Source: an uncultured Cohaesibacter sp. (GTDB lineage: Bacteria > Pseudomonadota > Alphaproteobacteria > Rhizobiales > Cohaesibacteraceae). From it: 24,000 nucleotides of DNA. The DNA is taken from NCBI GenBank assembly GCA_963677725.1, contig OY782507.1, positions 4,298,171 to 4,322,170 on the forward strand. The letters are read 5' to 3'. A program made the position numbers and the translations under genes. Shown here one piece after another: positions 14,780-23,679 of the stretch. Position 1 is the stretch's first letter. The number at the start of each line of letters is the position of its first letter. Below the pieces are notes generated by a model. That model searched no databases and was not told where the DNA came from. It worked only from the letters and a program-made list of their open reading frames with translations.

Positions 14780-17470
14780 CTACTTCCAGATCCCTTTGTC
14801 TGCGCGGCCTGATATGATCAATGTTACGTCTTTGAGTGCTGAGACTGGCGATATTCCCGGAGGCACGGCGACAAAGCGAGGGCGCCAGTCTGGCTGAAAC
14901 TTCTGTTTGAAGGCACGCAGTCCCTCAAAGTTGTAAAAGGACCGACCGTGGCGGAACATGATGGCTCCGAACCGGTTCCAAAGCCGTGCTCTTTTGCGTA
15001 TTTCGATCCCGGTGAGGGGAGCAAGACTGAGACTGAATTCTTCTGCGCCTGTTTTGCGCGAATATTCGATCAGTTCAACAAAGAGAAATTCCATCATGTC
15101 GCTTGCAAAATCCGGAGGATAGCGCATCACGTCAATGGATACGCGTGTGCCGTCTCCCGGTCGCAGGATGTTGGCAAAGGCCAAAGTCTTGCCGTTCCGT
15201 TTGATTGTGGCGATTGCGAAATGCTGCAAATAGTCAGGATCGAACCGGCCGAGTGAAAAGCCTTTCTCGCCTCCCACCTTATCCGCCATCCATGCATTCG
15301 AAATGGCTCTGAGGTCTTCCATGAAAGCTTGATCATGGGGCGGGGCACAAATTGTCATTTCAAGTCCGTCTGTCAGCACCTTGTCGTGTGCTGCTTGCAT
15401 GGACTTGAAATCATTACCCGATAGCGAAAAATCCTTGAGATTGAGCACGGCTTCTTCGCCGATCTTATGAAGCGAAAATCCCATCTCGATCCAGAGCGAC
15501 ATATATGCCTCGCTGACTTCGAACATGACCGGATGGGCTCCGTTGTCATAAGCCTCTTCCCAGAAGGACCAAACGAGAGGTTCTATGGCCTCCCTTGGAC
15601 CCACCGGATCGGAATAGGCGATCCACTTGTTGCCTTGCACCGCATACATGAGGAATGCGTCTGCTCTGTCGTTAAAGAACAGTTCCTTGTCACCGCTCAG
15701 GGCCAGACAGCTTTGGGGATCATTCTGCTGATGAATGATGGCTTCTACTTTTTGCAAGGCCTGTTTGCCGGGCGATCGCGTGTGGAAGGTCGTGGGCTGT
15801 ATTGCCAGCCAAACCGTTGTGAACAGAAAGACTGAAGATCCCGCCAAACCGGCGCGCAAAGCGCGGGGTGTATTGGCGATGCTTGAAAACTCGGTCCACA
15901 ATTCCGCGCTATATGGGGTCGCTTGGTGCACAAAGAAGAAGAGGGTCGCAGCGCTCACCGCGATTCCTCCTGCCAACGCGAACCAGCCGGGACTGAGGAC
16001 ACTGCGGGTCAGTTTGGCAGTCCGGTTGAACAGGCCTTTAAAGGGCCAGAGAATGGTGGCCATTGCCAAGAGCAGGAGTATGCTGTCCAGATCGAACTTG
16101 TTCATCACTGCTGCGACTGCTGCGACTGCAAGGGCGGCAAGGGTCAGCCAGTAGGCACCCGATATTCTGCGCACAAGGCCCTGACTGAGTATCACAAGCA
16201 ACGCACCCAAAATGGCGGACAGGAGCGCCCCTCCTTCCAGAATGACAGTCGCCAGAAAATCGTCAGAATCGATTTCGTCGGGGCGTACGGACGGCATGAG
16301 CGCAATCAGAACCAAATAGGCCCCAATTCCGAATACCGCCAGGCCGATCAGGGTTGGCGCAACACCGCTGGCGGCTTTCATGATTGGTCGCAGCGGTTCG
16401 GATACATCGCCGAGCAGTCGCGCGATCAGACCGCCAGCCTGACGCGCTTCGTTGATGGCAACAACGCCAAGCGCCAGTGCGAAGGGGATGAGATAATAGA
16501 TCAACCGATAGAGCAGCAAAGCTGCCGCGATCTGATCAAGCGGCACACCGGTCGGCAAGGCTGCGATGATGATCGTTTCAAACACGCCCACGCCACCGGG
16601 TACATGACTGAGAACCCCGGCCATGGAGGCGGCTGCAAAGACGGGCAGGAAGGTCAGAAAATCGGGACGACCCTCTGGCAACAGCACATAGAGCGTGAGC
16701 GCTGCCATGGTCGTGTCAACAAAGGTGAAGGCAAGTTGCGAAAAAAGGACCCCTGGTGTTGGCGCGGAGAGTTCGAATTTGCCAAGGCGCAAGGTCTTGC
16801 CGTTCAAGGACATCAACAGCAGGAAGATCGTCAAACCGACGGCGGCAATGCCCGCCACGATCCGCAAGGTGTCCGGTGCAATCGGCACGATATTGGCCAG
16901 AGCATGCGGATGGAGCGTCAGGGAGGCAAGGCCGATGACTGTTATGCCAAAGCCGAAGGCAAGCGCGGCAAATGTCGAGACGCTGGCAATTTCAAACAAA
17001 CTGAGGCCAAAAGCGGAATAGACCCGATAGCGCACGGCGCCGCCGGAAATGACGCTGACGCCGACCGTGTTGCCGAAACTATAGCCAAGGAAACCGCCGA
17101 CGGCGATTGCTTTTGCCGGGACCTTCTTGCCAAGGGAGCGCAGAGCAGACCAGTCATATCCGATCAGGGCGATATAGCCTGCTGCTGTTGCCGAAAGAGC
17201 GGCGATCAATGTCATCCATGGTGTCGTGCGCACCTGAGCGATCACATCGGCGGCCTTGACCGGGCGCAGCAAATGATAAAGCGCGTAGATGCCCAGAACA
17301 AACAAGGCGAGGGTCAGCACGATCGGAGCGGCTTTCTTTGCAAAGGAAACCCAGTCAGACGGGGCGATGGTCTTGGGATGGTTCAACTTGGTCTCCCGTC
17401 TTGTAAACTTGCAAAGGCAGAACCGATTGCAGACAGAAAAAGAATGTGGTCCGTTGTCAATGGGTTCCAT
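14780..17470 (-). CDS. mprF: Bifunctional lysyl-phosphatidylglycerol flippase/synthetase (MprF/LpiA family)
   Basis: The large N-terminal region is polytopic, with many TM helices. The C-terminal DUF2156-type aminoacyl-PG synthase region includes ...RSFYNFEGLRAFKQKFQPDWRPRFVAVPPG. The true start may be TTG 17386, preceded by GGGAGA and a 5-nt spacer. That would remove a Cys/Arg-rich leader of 28 aa that does not look like MprF. Confidence 0.85.
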   Translation of the reverse strand: MEPIDNGPHSFSVCNRFCLCKFTRRETKLNHPKTIAPSDWVSFAKKAAPIVLTLALFVLGIYALYHLLRPVKAADVIAQVRTTPWMTLIAALSATAAGYIALIGYDWSALRSLGKKVPAKAIAVGGFLGYSFGNTVGVSVISGGAVRYRVYSAFGLSLFEIASVSTFAALAFGFGITVIGLASLTLHPHALANIVPIAPDTLRIVAGIAAVGLTIFLLLMSLNGKTLRLGKFELSAPTPGVLFSQLAFTFVDTTMAALTLYVLLPEGRPDFLTFLPVFAAASMAGVLSHVPGGVGVFETIIIAALPTGVPLDQIAAALLLYRLIYYLIPFALALGVVAINEARQAGGLIARLLGDVSEPLRPIMKAASGVAPTLIGLAVFGIGAYLVLIALMPSVRPDEIDSDDFLATVILEGGALLSAILGALLVILSQGLVRRISGAYWLTLAALAVAAVAAVMNKFDLDSILLLLAMATILWPFKGLFNRTAKLTRSVLSPGWFALAGGIAVSAATLFFFVHQATPYSAELWTEFSSIANTPRALRAGLAGSSVFLFTTVWLAIQPTTFHTRSPGKQALQKVEAIIHQQNDPQSCLALSGDKELFFNDRADAFLMYAVQGNKWIAYSDPVGPREAIEPLVWSFWEEAYDNGAHPVMFEVSEAYMSLWIEMGFSLHKIGEEAVLNLKDFSLSGNDFKSMQAAHDKVLTDGLEMTICAPPHDQAFMEDLRAISNAWMADKVGGEKGFSLGRFDPDYLQHFAIATIKRNGKTLAFANILRPGDGTRVSIDVMRYPPDFASDMMEFLFVELIEYSRKTGAEEFSLSLAPLTGIEIRKRARLWNRFGAIMFRHGRSFYNFEGLRAFKQKFQPDWRPRFVAVPPGISPVSALKDVTLIISGRADKGIWK

Positions 17471-17513
17471 TGCCGCTTATCGAATGGGCGTCGCCGGCAG
17501 ATTACTCCGAAGC

Positions 17514-17533
17514 TTCTTACATATTTGTAAGAA
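17514..17533. repeat. Inverted repeat TTCTTACA-TATT-TGTAAGAA (candidate operator) in the mprF/ggt divergent intergenic region
   Basis: Read directly from the sequence. It has 8-bp perfect arms and a 4-nt spacer in an AT-richer non-coding stretch. Confidence 0.6.
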
Positions 17534-17865
17534 TTGCTCAAGACAGTCAGGTATCTATGCGACGAATACACAATGCGGATTTGATGAATATCGGCACTTG
17601 AGTGCGTAAATACAATTGAAGGGTGCCAATGCGCTGAGCGTTTCCATGGTAAGGAGCTGGCTGAATCCACATGAGCGGCTGCGTCTTGCTGCCTCTACAC
17701 CTTCATTCCAATGGAACGACCTCCTTCAATGGATTAACCTGTGAAGCGCCCCTCGGCTGAGGGAGGCAAGGCAAAATGGAAGGCTTTGTCGGCGAAACTT
17801 GATTGATGTTCTTCTGTCTGACGTCCCCGTGGATGTTCCCAAGTGTTTTGTTTTAGGAGGCCGGC

Positions 17866-19467
17866 ATGGGTCGACAGATTATAAAAGATGGCGTGGTGGC
17901 TGCGCCGCATGCTTTGGCCGCTGAAGCTGGGGCGGAAGTTCTTCGTGCAGGGGGCAATGCGGTGGAAGCGATGGTCGCGGCGGCGGCCACCATCGCGGTG
18001 GTTTATCCGCATATGAATTCCATCGGCGGTGACGGGTTTTGGCTGATTTCCGAACCCGGCAAGACGCCAGTGGGGATCGATGCGTGCGGACCGGCGGCGA
18101 CCGCTGCGACGGGTGAGAGCTATCGCGAGCGCGGGCACGATGTCATACCGTCGCGCGGGCCGCTTGCGGCGCTGACGGTGCCCGGCACGGTGGGTGGCTG
18201 GAAGGCCGCGTTGGAGCTAGCCCAGAGCTGGGATGATGAGACAGGGCGCAAGGGGCTGGACCTTGCCACGATCCTTGAGCGGGCCATAATCTTTGCACGC
18301 GATGGCTATCCGGTCACCGCGGGGCAACAGGCGCTCACGGTGGACAAATGCAGCGCATTGGAAGCTGTGCCGGGCTTTGCCGATTGCTTTTTGCCGGGCG
18401 GTGTCGCGTCGCCTGCGGGCAGTATTTTTCGGCAACCGGACTTGGCGGCGACCCTTGAACAGCTGGCCAAAGCAGGCCTTGATGACTTTTATCGCGGCGA
18501 CCTTGCCCGCGCCTTGGCCAATGGTTTGGAAGCTGCGGACAGCCCGCTGCGTTTGAGGGATCTTGAAGCGTTCGCCCCGATCTTCGTAGAGCCTTTATGC
18601 ACGGCGCTTTCTGTTGGTGCGGTTTATAATATGCCACCTCCGACGCAGGGTATCTCCTCACTGATGATCTTGTCCTTGTTTGATCGACTTGGCGTGACGG
18701 AGGCGGAAGGCTTTGCTCATATCCATGGTTTGGTCGAAGCAACCAAGCAGGCGTTTCTTTTGCGCAATGCCCATGTGACCGATCCCGCTCACATGGCGGT
18801 GGATGTTCGGCAATGGCTGGAGCCAGCCTACCTTGATGCATTGGCAGGCAAGATTGACCGGACCTGCGCGATGCCATGGCCCCATGATCCATCTCCGGGC
18901 GATACGATCTGGATGGGCGCGGCAGACAAAGAGGGGCGGGTGGTGAGCTTCATTCAAAGCACCTATTGGGAATTTGGCTCTGGCCTTGTGCCGCGTGGTA
19001 CCGGGGTGGTGATGCAAAATCGCGGCACCAGTTTTGTGCTTGATCGCGGCCATCCCAATGTGCTGATGCCGGGTAAGCGACCATTTCACACGCTCAATCC
19101 CGCCTTGGCGCGATTGTCGGACGGGCGGGTGATGGCCTATGGCACGATGGGTGGGGAAGGGCAACCGCAAACCCAGTCGGCCTTTTTCTCGCGCCATGCC
19201 CTGTTTGGCCAGCCATTGCAGGCCGCCCTTGATGCACCACGCTGGTTGCTTGGCAAGACGTGGGGGGAGGAGACTAGCAGTCTGAAACTGGAGAACCGGT
19301 TTGATCCGGCTCTGGTTGAGCAGCTCAAAGAGGCCGGGCATCACGTTGAAATGCTTGAGCCGATGACGTCCACCATGGGACATGCCGGGGCGGTCAGTGT
19401 CGCACCGGATGGCAGTATGGACGGCGGCCATGACCCTCGCTCTGATGGTAAGGCAGTCTTTGCCTGA
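17866..19467 (+). CDS. Gamma-glutamyltransferase family protein (cytoplasmic, YwrD-like Ntn hydrolase)
   Basis: A 533-aa protein with N-terminal VAAPHALAAEAGAEVLRAGGNAVEAMVAAAATIAVVYPHMNSIGGDGFWLI. The probable autoprocessing nucleophile is the Thr in NMPPPTQGISS, and a C-terminal GGEGQPQ block is present. No signal peptide is seen. AGGAGG lies 5 nt before ATG 17866. Confidence 0.9.
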   Translation: MGRQIIKDGVVAAPHALAAEAGAEVLRAGGNAVEAMVAAAATIAVVYPHMNSIGGDGFWLISEPGKTPVGIDACGPAATAATGESYRERGHDVIPSRGPLAALTVPGTVGGWKAALELAQSWDDETGRKGLDLATILERAIIFARDGYPVTAGQQALTVDKCSALEAVPGFADCFLPGGVASPAGSIFRQPDLAATLEQLAKAGLDDFYRGDLARALANGLEAADSPLRLRDLEAFAPIFVEPLCTALSVGAVYNMPPPTQGISSLMILSLFDRLGVTEAEGFAHIHGLVEATKQAFLLRNAHVTDPAHMAVDVRQWLEPAYLDALAGKIDRTCAMPWPHDPSPGDTIWMGAADKEGRVVSFIQSTYWEFGSGLVPRGTGVVMQNRGTSFVLDRGHPNVLMPGKRPFHTLNPALARLSDGRVMAYGTMGGEGQPQTQSAFFSRHALFGQPLQAALDAPRWLLGKTWGEETSSLKLENRFDPALVEQLKEAGHHVEMLEPMTSTMGHAGAVSVAPDGSMDGGHDPRSDGKAVFA

Positions 19468-19614
19468 TCATTCTTTCCCAATGCTAGCGTGATGGACAGT
19501 TAGGGTCTTTGTGGAGCGATGGTGACCCCTGCGGCCTTTATTTGCTTGGTATCACCCTGAATTTCGACCGGTAAAAAACAATTAAAGAACAATGCCTGCT
19601 TGTTAAACGAAAAA

Positions 19615-19642
19615 TTTACCCGGCAAGTTGTTATATTATAAT
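19615..19642 (+). promoter_or_regulatory. Candidate sigma70-type promoter for the kinase operon, overlapping a TGTTAT-N6-ATAACA inverted repeat
   Basis: TTTACC (19615-19620) is followed by 16 nt and then TATAAT (19637-19642), about 95 nt upstream of ATG 19737. The -10 element lies inside the inverted repeat at 19630-19647. Confidence 0.35.
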
Positions 19643-19736
19643 AACACAAACCTAAGGGGAAGTTTCGGTCATCATTCTGAGTGTTGGTGGGGCAGAAACT
19701 GGCAGTTCGGGATATCTGTTTCAAGTGGGGCAACAT

Positions 19737-22073
19737 ATGCATTCGATTTCGCTCATCAAGGGGATGAGGCGGCAATTGCTGTCATCTCCATCGCTTGCGG
19801 CCAAGACAACATTCTTTGTTGGCGCTGGCGGTATGATAATTGCGATCTTGCTATGCATTTTCTACTACGACTATACACGCAAGATCGTACTGGATACCGA
19901 GGCTCGAAACCTGCGCGAAGAGACCAGAATGGTCGTGCAGAAATATGCAGGCATCTATTTCGAACTGCGCAATGAAGCCTTTGTCATTTCCCAATTGCCG
20001 CCAATTGACGGTCTGATCGCTTCCACGACCAACAATGGTGTTGATCCCCGTGACGGATCCACCACCGAACATTGGCGGTCTCGTCTTGAGACCATCTTTG
20101 TTTCCTTGCTCAAAGCGAGACGTCATTATACGCAGCTGCGCTATATCGGTGTTGCCGATGGCGGGCGTGAATTGGTGCGGGTCAACCAAACAAGCGATGG
20201 TATTGCTGTGGTTTCGCCGGAAGACTTGCAGCAAAAGCAGAATGAGCCTTACTTTCAAAGTGGTCTCAAGCTCAAGGCTGGGCAGATTTTTTACTCCAAT
20301 GTCAGTTATAATCGCGAACATGGGCATGTGGATGAGACCCGAACGCCGACCATTAGAACTGTCATGCCGGTCTTTGACGAAGGGGAAAAGCTGTTCGGCT
20401 TCGTCGTCATCAATGTCAATTATGAAATGATGATGCGGCACGGCTTTGAAAATAATGTCCCCCCCAATATTGCCTATGTGATCAACAATCACGGGGATTA
20501 TCTGAAAATCGATGCTGGCAAGAAGCTCAAAGACTTCGAATTTCACGAAGATGAAAACTACTCTCCCAATGAAATAGTCTCTTATTTCAAAGGTTTGCAA
20601 CAGAATGAGGGGAAGTTTGAAACCAAGGATTTTCTGTCCTATTTCGTAAAGCTGAATGTAAACCCGATGAATTCCCATGTGTTTGTCGGCGTTGCGCAGA
20701 TTAGCAACAAGGCGGATGTCCTGGCGCCGGTCAAGGATTCACTGCGGTCATTCCTGTTCATATCGGTCTTTCTGGTGGTTGTTCTGACGCTGTTGACCTT
20801 GCCTCTGGCAAGACGGATGACAAGTGTCCTTCGAATGCTTGCCTTGGCTATCCAGAGCGAGGATTCCTCCCGGTTCGGGGACGATTTTTCAGACTGTTCC
20901 AATAATGAAATTGGAGAATTGGCGCGGGTTTCCAAGCGTATGGCGATGAATCTTTTAGAGAGTCGCGCTCAGGCGGAGACCGTTCTGGAAAATGTTGCCG
21001 ACGGGATTCTGACATTTGACGAAGCCTATAAAGTGATTGGCAGCAATCGGGCAGCGGAGCATATTTTTGGCTATAGACGGGAAGAATTGATCGGCAAAAG
21101 CGCAGAAGAGATTCTTCTTAATCTTGCGGGTGATCCGATCTGCTTTATGGAATTGCGCCATGAACGCTTCTGGAGCGGGCCGAGCGATCAGGCAGAACAT
21201 GAAGTTGTTGGCCTGCATCAGGATGGGCTACGCTTCCCTGCCACGCTGTCCATGCGTCGTGTCGACATCACGGAACGGTTCCTGCTAACCGTGGTGGTGC
21301 GAGACATCACCGAACGCAAGCGGCAGGAAGAAGAGCGCGAAGACCTGATTGCCCGTCTGGTGCGGTCCAACCAGGAGCTTGACAGTTTTGCCCATATTGC
21401 TGCCCATGATCTTCGTGAACCCTTGAGAGCCATTCACAATCACTCCAGCTTCCTGCTTGAGGATTATGACGAGATATTGGACTCAGGTGGCAAGAAAAGG
21501 CTTGGCAGATTGCAGTTTCTGGCGAGACGGATGGAAAAACTGGTGGCGGATCTGTTGCATTTCTCGCGGTTGGGCGGAGGGGACTCCGCGATGGAGCTGA
21601 CCGACGTGGCGTTGATCCTCGCAGATATCGAGATGACCTCGCGAGATCTGTTCGAGACAAACAATGTCCAACTGACCCTCTCAACATCGTTGCCGCAAAT
21701 CCAGTGTGATCGGGTGCGGGTGACCGAAGTCTTTCGCAATCTGATCGCCAATGCGATCAAGTATAACGATAAAGAGCTCAAGCAGGTTGAAGTGGGATAT
21801 GATCCCGAGACTGGAGTGTTTCATGTCCGGGATAATGGCATCGGCATAGAGGATATGTATTTCGCATCTGTCTTCAAGCTGTTCAAGCGGTTGGAAAGTT
21901 CGAATGAATTCAGCGACGGCACCGGTGCGGGGCTGACATTCGTGGAAAAAATTGTTCATCAGCATGGTGGCACGATCTGGCTTCAGTCGGAGTTGGGCAA
22001 GGGTACGACATTCTTCTTTACTCTTGATGCCTCAATCGCTCGTTCGGATCGTGCAGAGAAGGAGGCCGCATGA
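19737..22073 (+). CDS. Sensor histidine kinase. Architecture: TM, periplasmic Cache/PDC-like domain of about 300 aa, TM, HAMP, PAS, HisKA, HATPase.
   Basis: TM1 is GGMIIAILLCIFYYDY and TM2 is FLFISVFLVVVLTLLTLPLA. HAMP is marked by NEIGELARVSKRMAMNL, and PAS by LENVADGILTFD...VVVRDITERK. The H-box is FAHIAAHDLREPLRAI, the N-box is NLIANAIKYN, G1 is DNGIGI and G2 is GTGAGL. The start is at ATG 19737, or possibly GTG 19725. Confidence 0.88.
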   Translation: MHSISLIKGMRRQLLSSPSLAAKTTFFVGAGGMIIAILLCIFYYDYTRKIVLDTEARNLREETRMVVQKYAGIYFELRNEAFVISQLPPIDGLIASTTNNGVDPRDGSTTEHWRSRLETIFVSLLKARRHYTQLRYIGVADGGRELVRVNQTSDGIAVVSPEDLQQKQNEPYFQSGLKLKAGQIFYSNVSYNREHGHVDETRTPTIRTVMPVFDEGEKLFGFVVINVNYEMMMRHGFENNVPPNIAYVINNHGDYLKIDAGKKLKDFEFHEDENYSPNEIVSYFKGLQQNEGKFETKDFLSYFVKLNVNPMNSHVFVGVAQISNKADVLAPVKDSLRSFLFISVFLVVVLTLLTLPLARRMTSVLRMLALAIQSEDSSRFGDDFSDCSNNEIGELARVSKRMAMNLLESRAQAETVLENVADGILTFDEAYKVIGSNRAAEHIFGYRREELIGKSAEEILLNLAGDPICFMELRHERFWSGPSDQAEHEVVGLHQDGLRFPATLSMRRVDITERFLLTVVVRDITERKRQEEEREDLIARLVRSNQELDSFAHIAAHDLREPLRAIHNHSSFLLEDYDEILDSGGKKRLGRLQFLARRMEKLVADLLHFSRLGGGDSAMELTDVALILADIEMTSRDLFETNNVQLTLSTSLPQIQCDRVRVTEVFRNLIANAIKYNDKELKQVEVGYDPETGVFHVRDNGIGIEDMYFASVFKLFKRLESSNEFSDGTGAGLTFVEKIVHQHGGTIWLQSELGKGTTFFFTLDASIARSDRAEKEAA

Positions 22074-22528
22074 ATGCATCAGCTGCTGCACAACCAATTC
22101 TGATTGTTGACGATAGCGACGACGACTTTGAAGTCACCTCCAGGGCACTCCATCGCACGGGCAGTCTGACACATCCCATATTGCGTTGCACTTCAGGTCA
22201 GGAAGCCATCCGCTTCCTGAAACAAAATGATGCGGCAAATGGTGACGCGCGGCAGTCGCAGCCCGGATTGATCCTGCTGGATCTCAATATGCCCGGTATG
22301 GACGGGCGCGAAATACTGCAAATTATCAAAACAGATGAAAATCTCAAATCAATCCCGGTTGTGGTGCTGACAACGTCCAGTAATTTTCTGGATGTCCAGG
22401 ATTGTTATGAGAAGGGTGCGAACTCTTATGTCACGAAGCCGATCGAGCTGGATCGTTTTGTGCATGCGATAGCGAGCATTAAGAAATTTTGGTTGGAGGT
22501 TTCGGCGCTTCCGAGGATGGAAAAATGA
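22070..22528 (+). CDS. Single-domain response regulator (receiver only, Rcp1/CheY-like)
   Basis: The acidic pocket is IVDDSDDD, the phospho-acceptor context is LILLDLNMPGMDG, followed by VVVLTTS and the conserved Lys in YVTKP. No output domain is present. AAGGAGG lies 4 nt upstream. There is an ATGA overlap with the kinase stop. Confidence 0.9.
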   Translation: MNASAAAQPILIVDDSDDDFEVTSRALHRTGSLTHPILRCTSGQEAIRFLKQNDAANGDARQSQPGLILLDLNMPGMDGREILQIIKTDENLKSIPVVVLTTSSNFLDVQDCYEKGANSYVTKPIELDRFVHAIASIKKFWLEVSALPRMEK

Positions 22529-23679
22529 TTGATCGACTTAATGTAATGATCGTGGATGATAGTGAGGATGATCGCGATTTATACAAACGTTTGCTGGCGA
22601 AGCAGGGCGGGGATGCCGACTATCGATATTTCGAGGCTGCAACCGCCAAGGATGCCGTTATGCTGTGCCAGTCGGTGAGTGTCGATTGCATCCTGCTCGA
22701 TTTCAATATGCCGGGGCGCAACGGGTTGGAACTGCTCGAAGAGTTGCGGACCAATGAGAAGCACATGCCAGTCGTGATGCTGACCGGGCAGGGCAATGAG
22801 AAAATCGCGGCTGAATCCATCAAGGGCGGTGCGCAGGAATATCTCTCTAAAAATGACCTCACAGGATCGGCCCTGCACCGCGTGATTCACAATACGGTCG
22901 AGCGGGTTAAGCTGCGACGCAAGGTGGATGAGCATCGGGCGGATCTGGCGACATTTGCCAACGTGTTGGCGCATGATCTCAAGGCACCGATCAACGTTAT
23001 TCGCGGCATGAATGACTTGATCCAGGAGGCGATCGAACAGGGATGCTTTGACGAAGTGAAGGAGTTTTCTGATCGTATCGAAAGGTCCGCACTGCGGACA
23101 TCGCAGTTGATTGATACCTTGCGCATCTACAACAGATCCTCAAATACTGATCGCCCTTTGGCAGTGGTCTGCCTTGAAGATCTGCTGCAAGATGCTCTGA
23201 ACAATTTGCATTTTGATATCGAAGAGAAGCAGGCGGAAATCACCCATGGCGAGCTGCCCAGCGTGCTGGCCGATCCTCCGCAAATCGTACAGTTGCTACA
23301 GAATTTGATTGGTAATTCGATCAAATATTGCAAGGCAGACAAGCCGGTCATCCATATTGACGCTCAGGAAAATGGCGAATTCTGGCAGGTTGATATTCGG
23401 GACAACGGAATCGGTCTGGAAGAGGAAGATCTGGTTGCAATCTTCAAGCCGTTCCATCGCGCCCATAGCGAGGATGAGTTTGCTGGTACGGGGTTGGGAC
23501 TTGCGACTTGCAAGCGCATTCTGGACCGACATAGGGGCAGAATTTGGTGTGATTCTGAAAAGGGAACGGGCTCGACTTTCTCTTTCTCCCTGTTGAAAGC
23601 GGCTGGCAATGCCCAGTCCAACGAGAATGAGAACCAGGTCTTGCTTGACCTTGAAGAACCTATGGCAATGTCCGGCTAG
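22525..23679 (+). CDS. Receiver-histidine kinase hybrid (N-terminal REC fused to HisKA-HATPase)
   Basis: REC is marked by MIVDDSEDD, LLDFNMPGRNG, VVMLTGQG and YLSKN. The H-box is FANVLAHDLKAPINVI, the N-box is NLIGNSIKYC, G1 is DNGIGL and G2 is GTGLGLATCKRI. The start is called at ATG 22525, which forms an ATGA overlap with the upstream stop. The ORF track's earlier 22489 start would overlap 40 nt. Confidence 0.9.
   Translation: MIDRLNVMIVDDSEDDRDLYKRLLAKQGGDADYRYFEAATAKDAVMLCQSVSVDCILLDFNMPGRNGLELLEELRTNEKHMPVVMLTGQGNEKIAAESIKGGAQEYLSKNDLTGSALHRVIHNTVERVKLRRKVDEHRADLATFANVLAHDLKAPINVIRGMNDLIQEAIEQGCFDEVKEFSDRIERSALRTSQLIDTLRIYNRSSNTDRPLAVVCLEDLLQDALNNLHFDIEEKQAEITHGELPSVLADPPQIVQLLQNLIGNSIKYCKADKPVIHIDAQENGEFWQVDIRDNGIGLEEEDLVAIFKPFHRAHSEDEFAGTGLGLATCKRILDRHRGRIWCDSEKGTGSTFSFSLLKAAGNAQSNENENQVLLDLEEPMAMSG

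Noticed and set aside
17387-17470. The first 28 codons of the longest mprF ORF (MEPIDNGPHSFSVCNRFCLCKFTRRETK).
   Set aside because: They are probably not translated. The sequence is Cys/Arg-rich and unlike MprF N-termini. A TTG at 17386 has a much better RBS (GGGAGA, 5-nt spacer). I kept the longest ORF coordinates in the feature table because I cannot verify the start.
15923-17530. A 535-aa plus-strand ORF, together with similar long ORFs at 367-1125(-), 1293-1991(-), 2631-3362(+), 3363-4046(+), 8104-8943(+), 18658-19431(-) and 19851-20678(-).
   Set aside because: All lie antisense to, or out of frame within, genes with clear family signatures (MprF, ABC ATPases, ThiP, Slt, GGT, kinase). 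Their translations are Arg/Gly/Gln-rich or low-complexity with no recognisable motifs. This is typical of shadow ORFs in GC-biased coding DNA.
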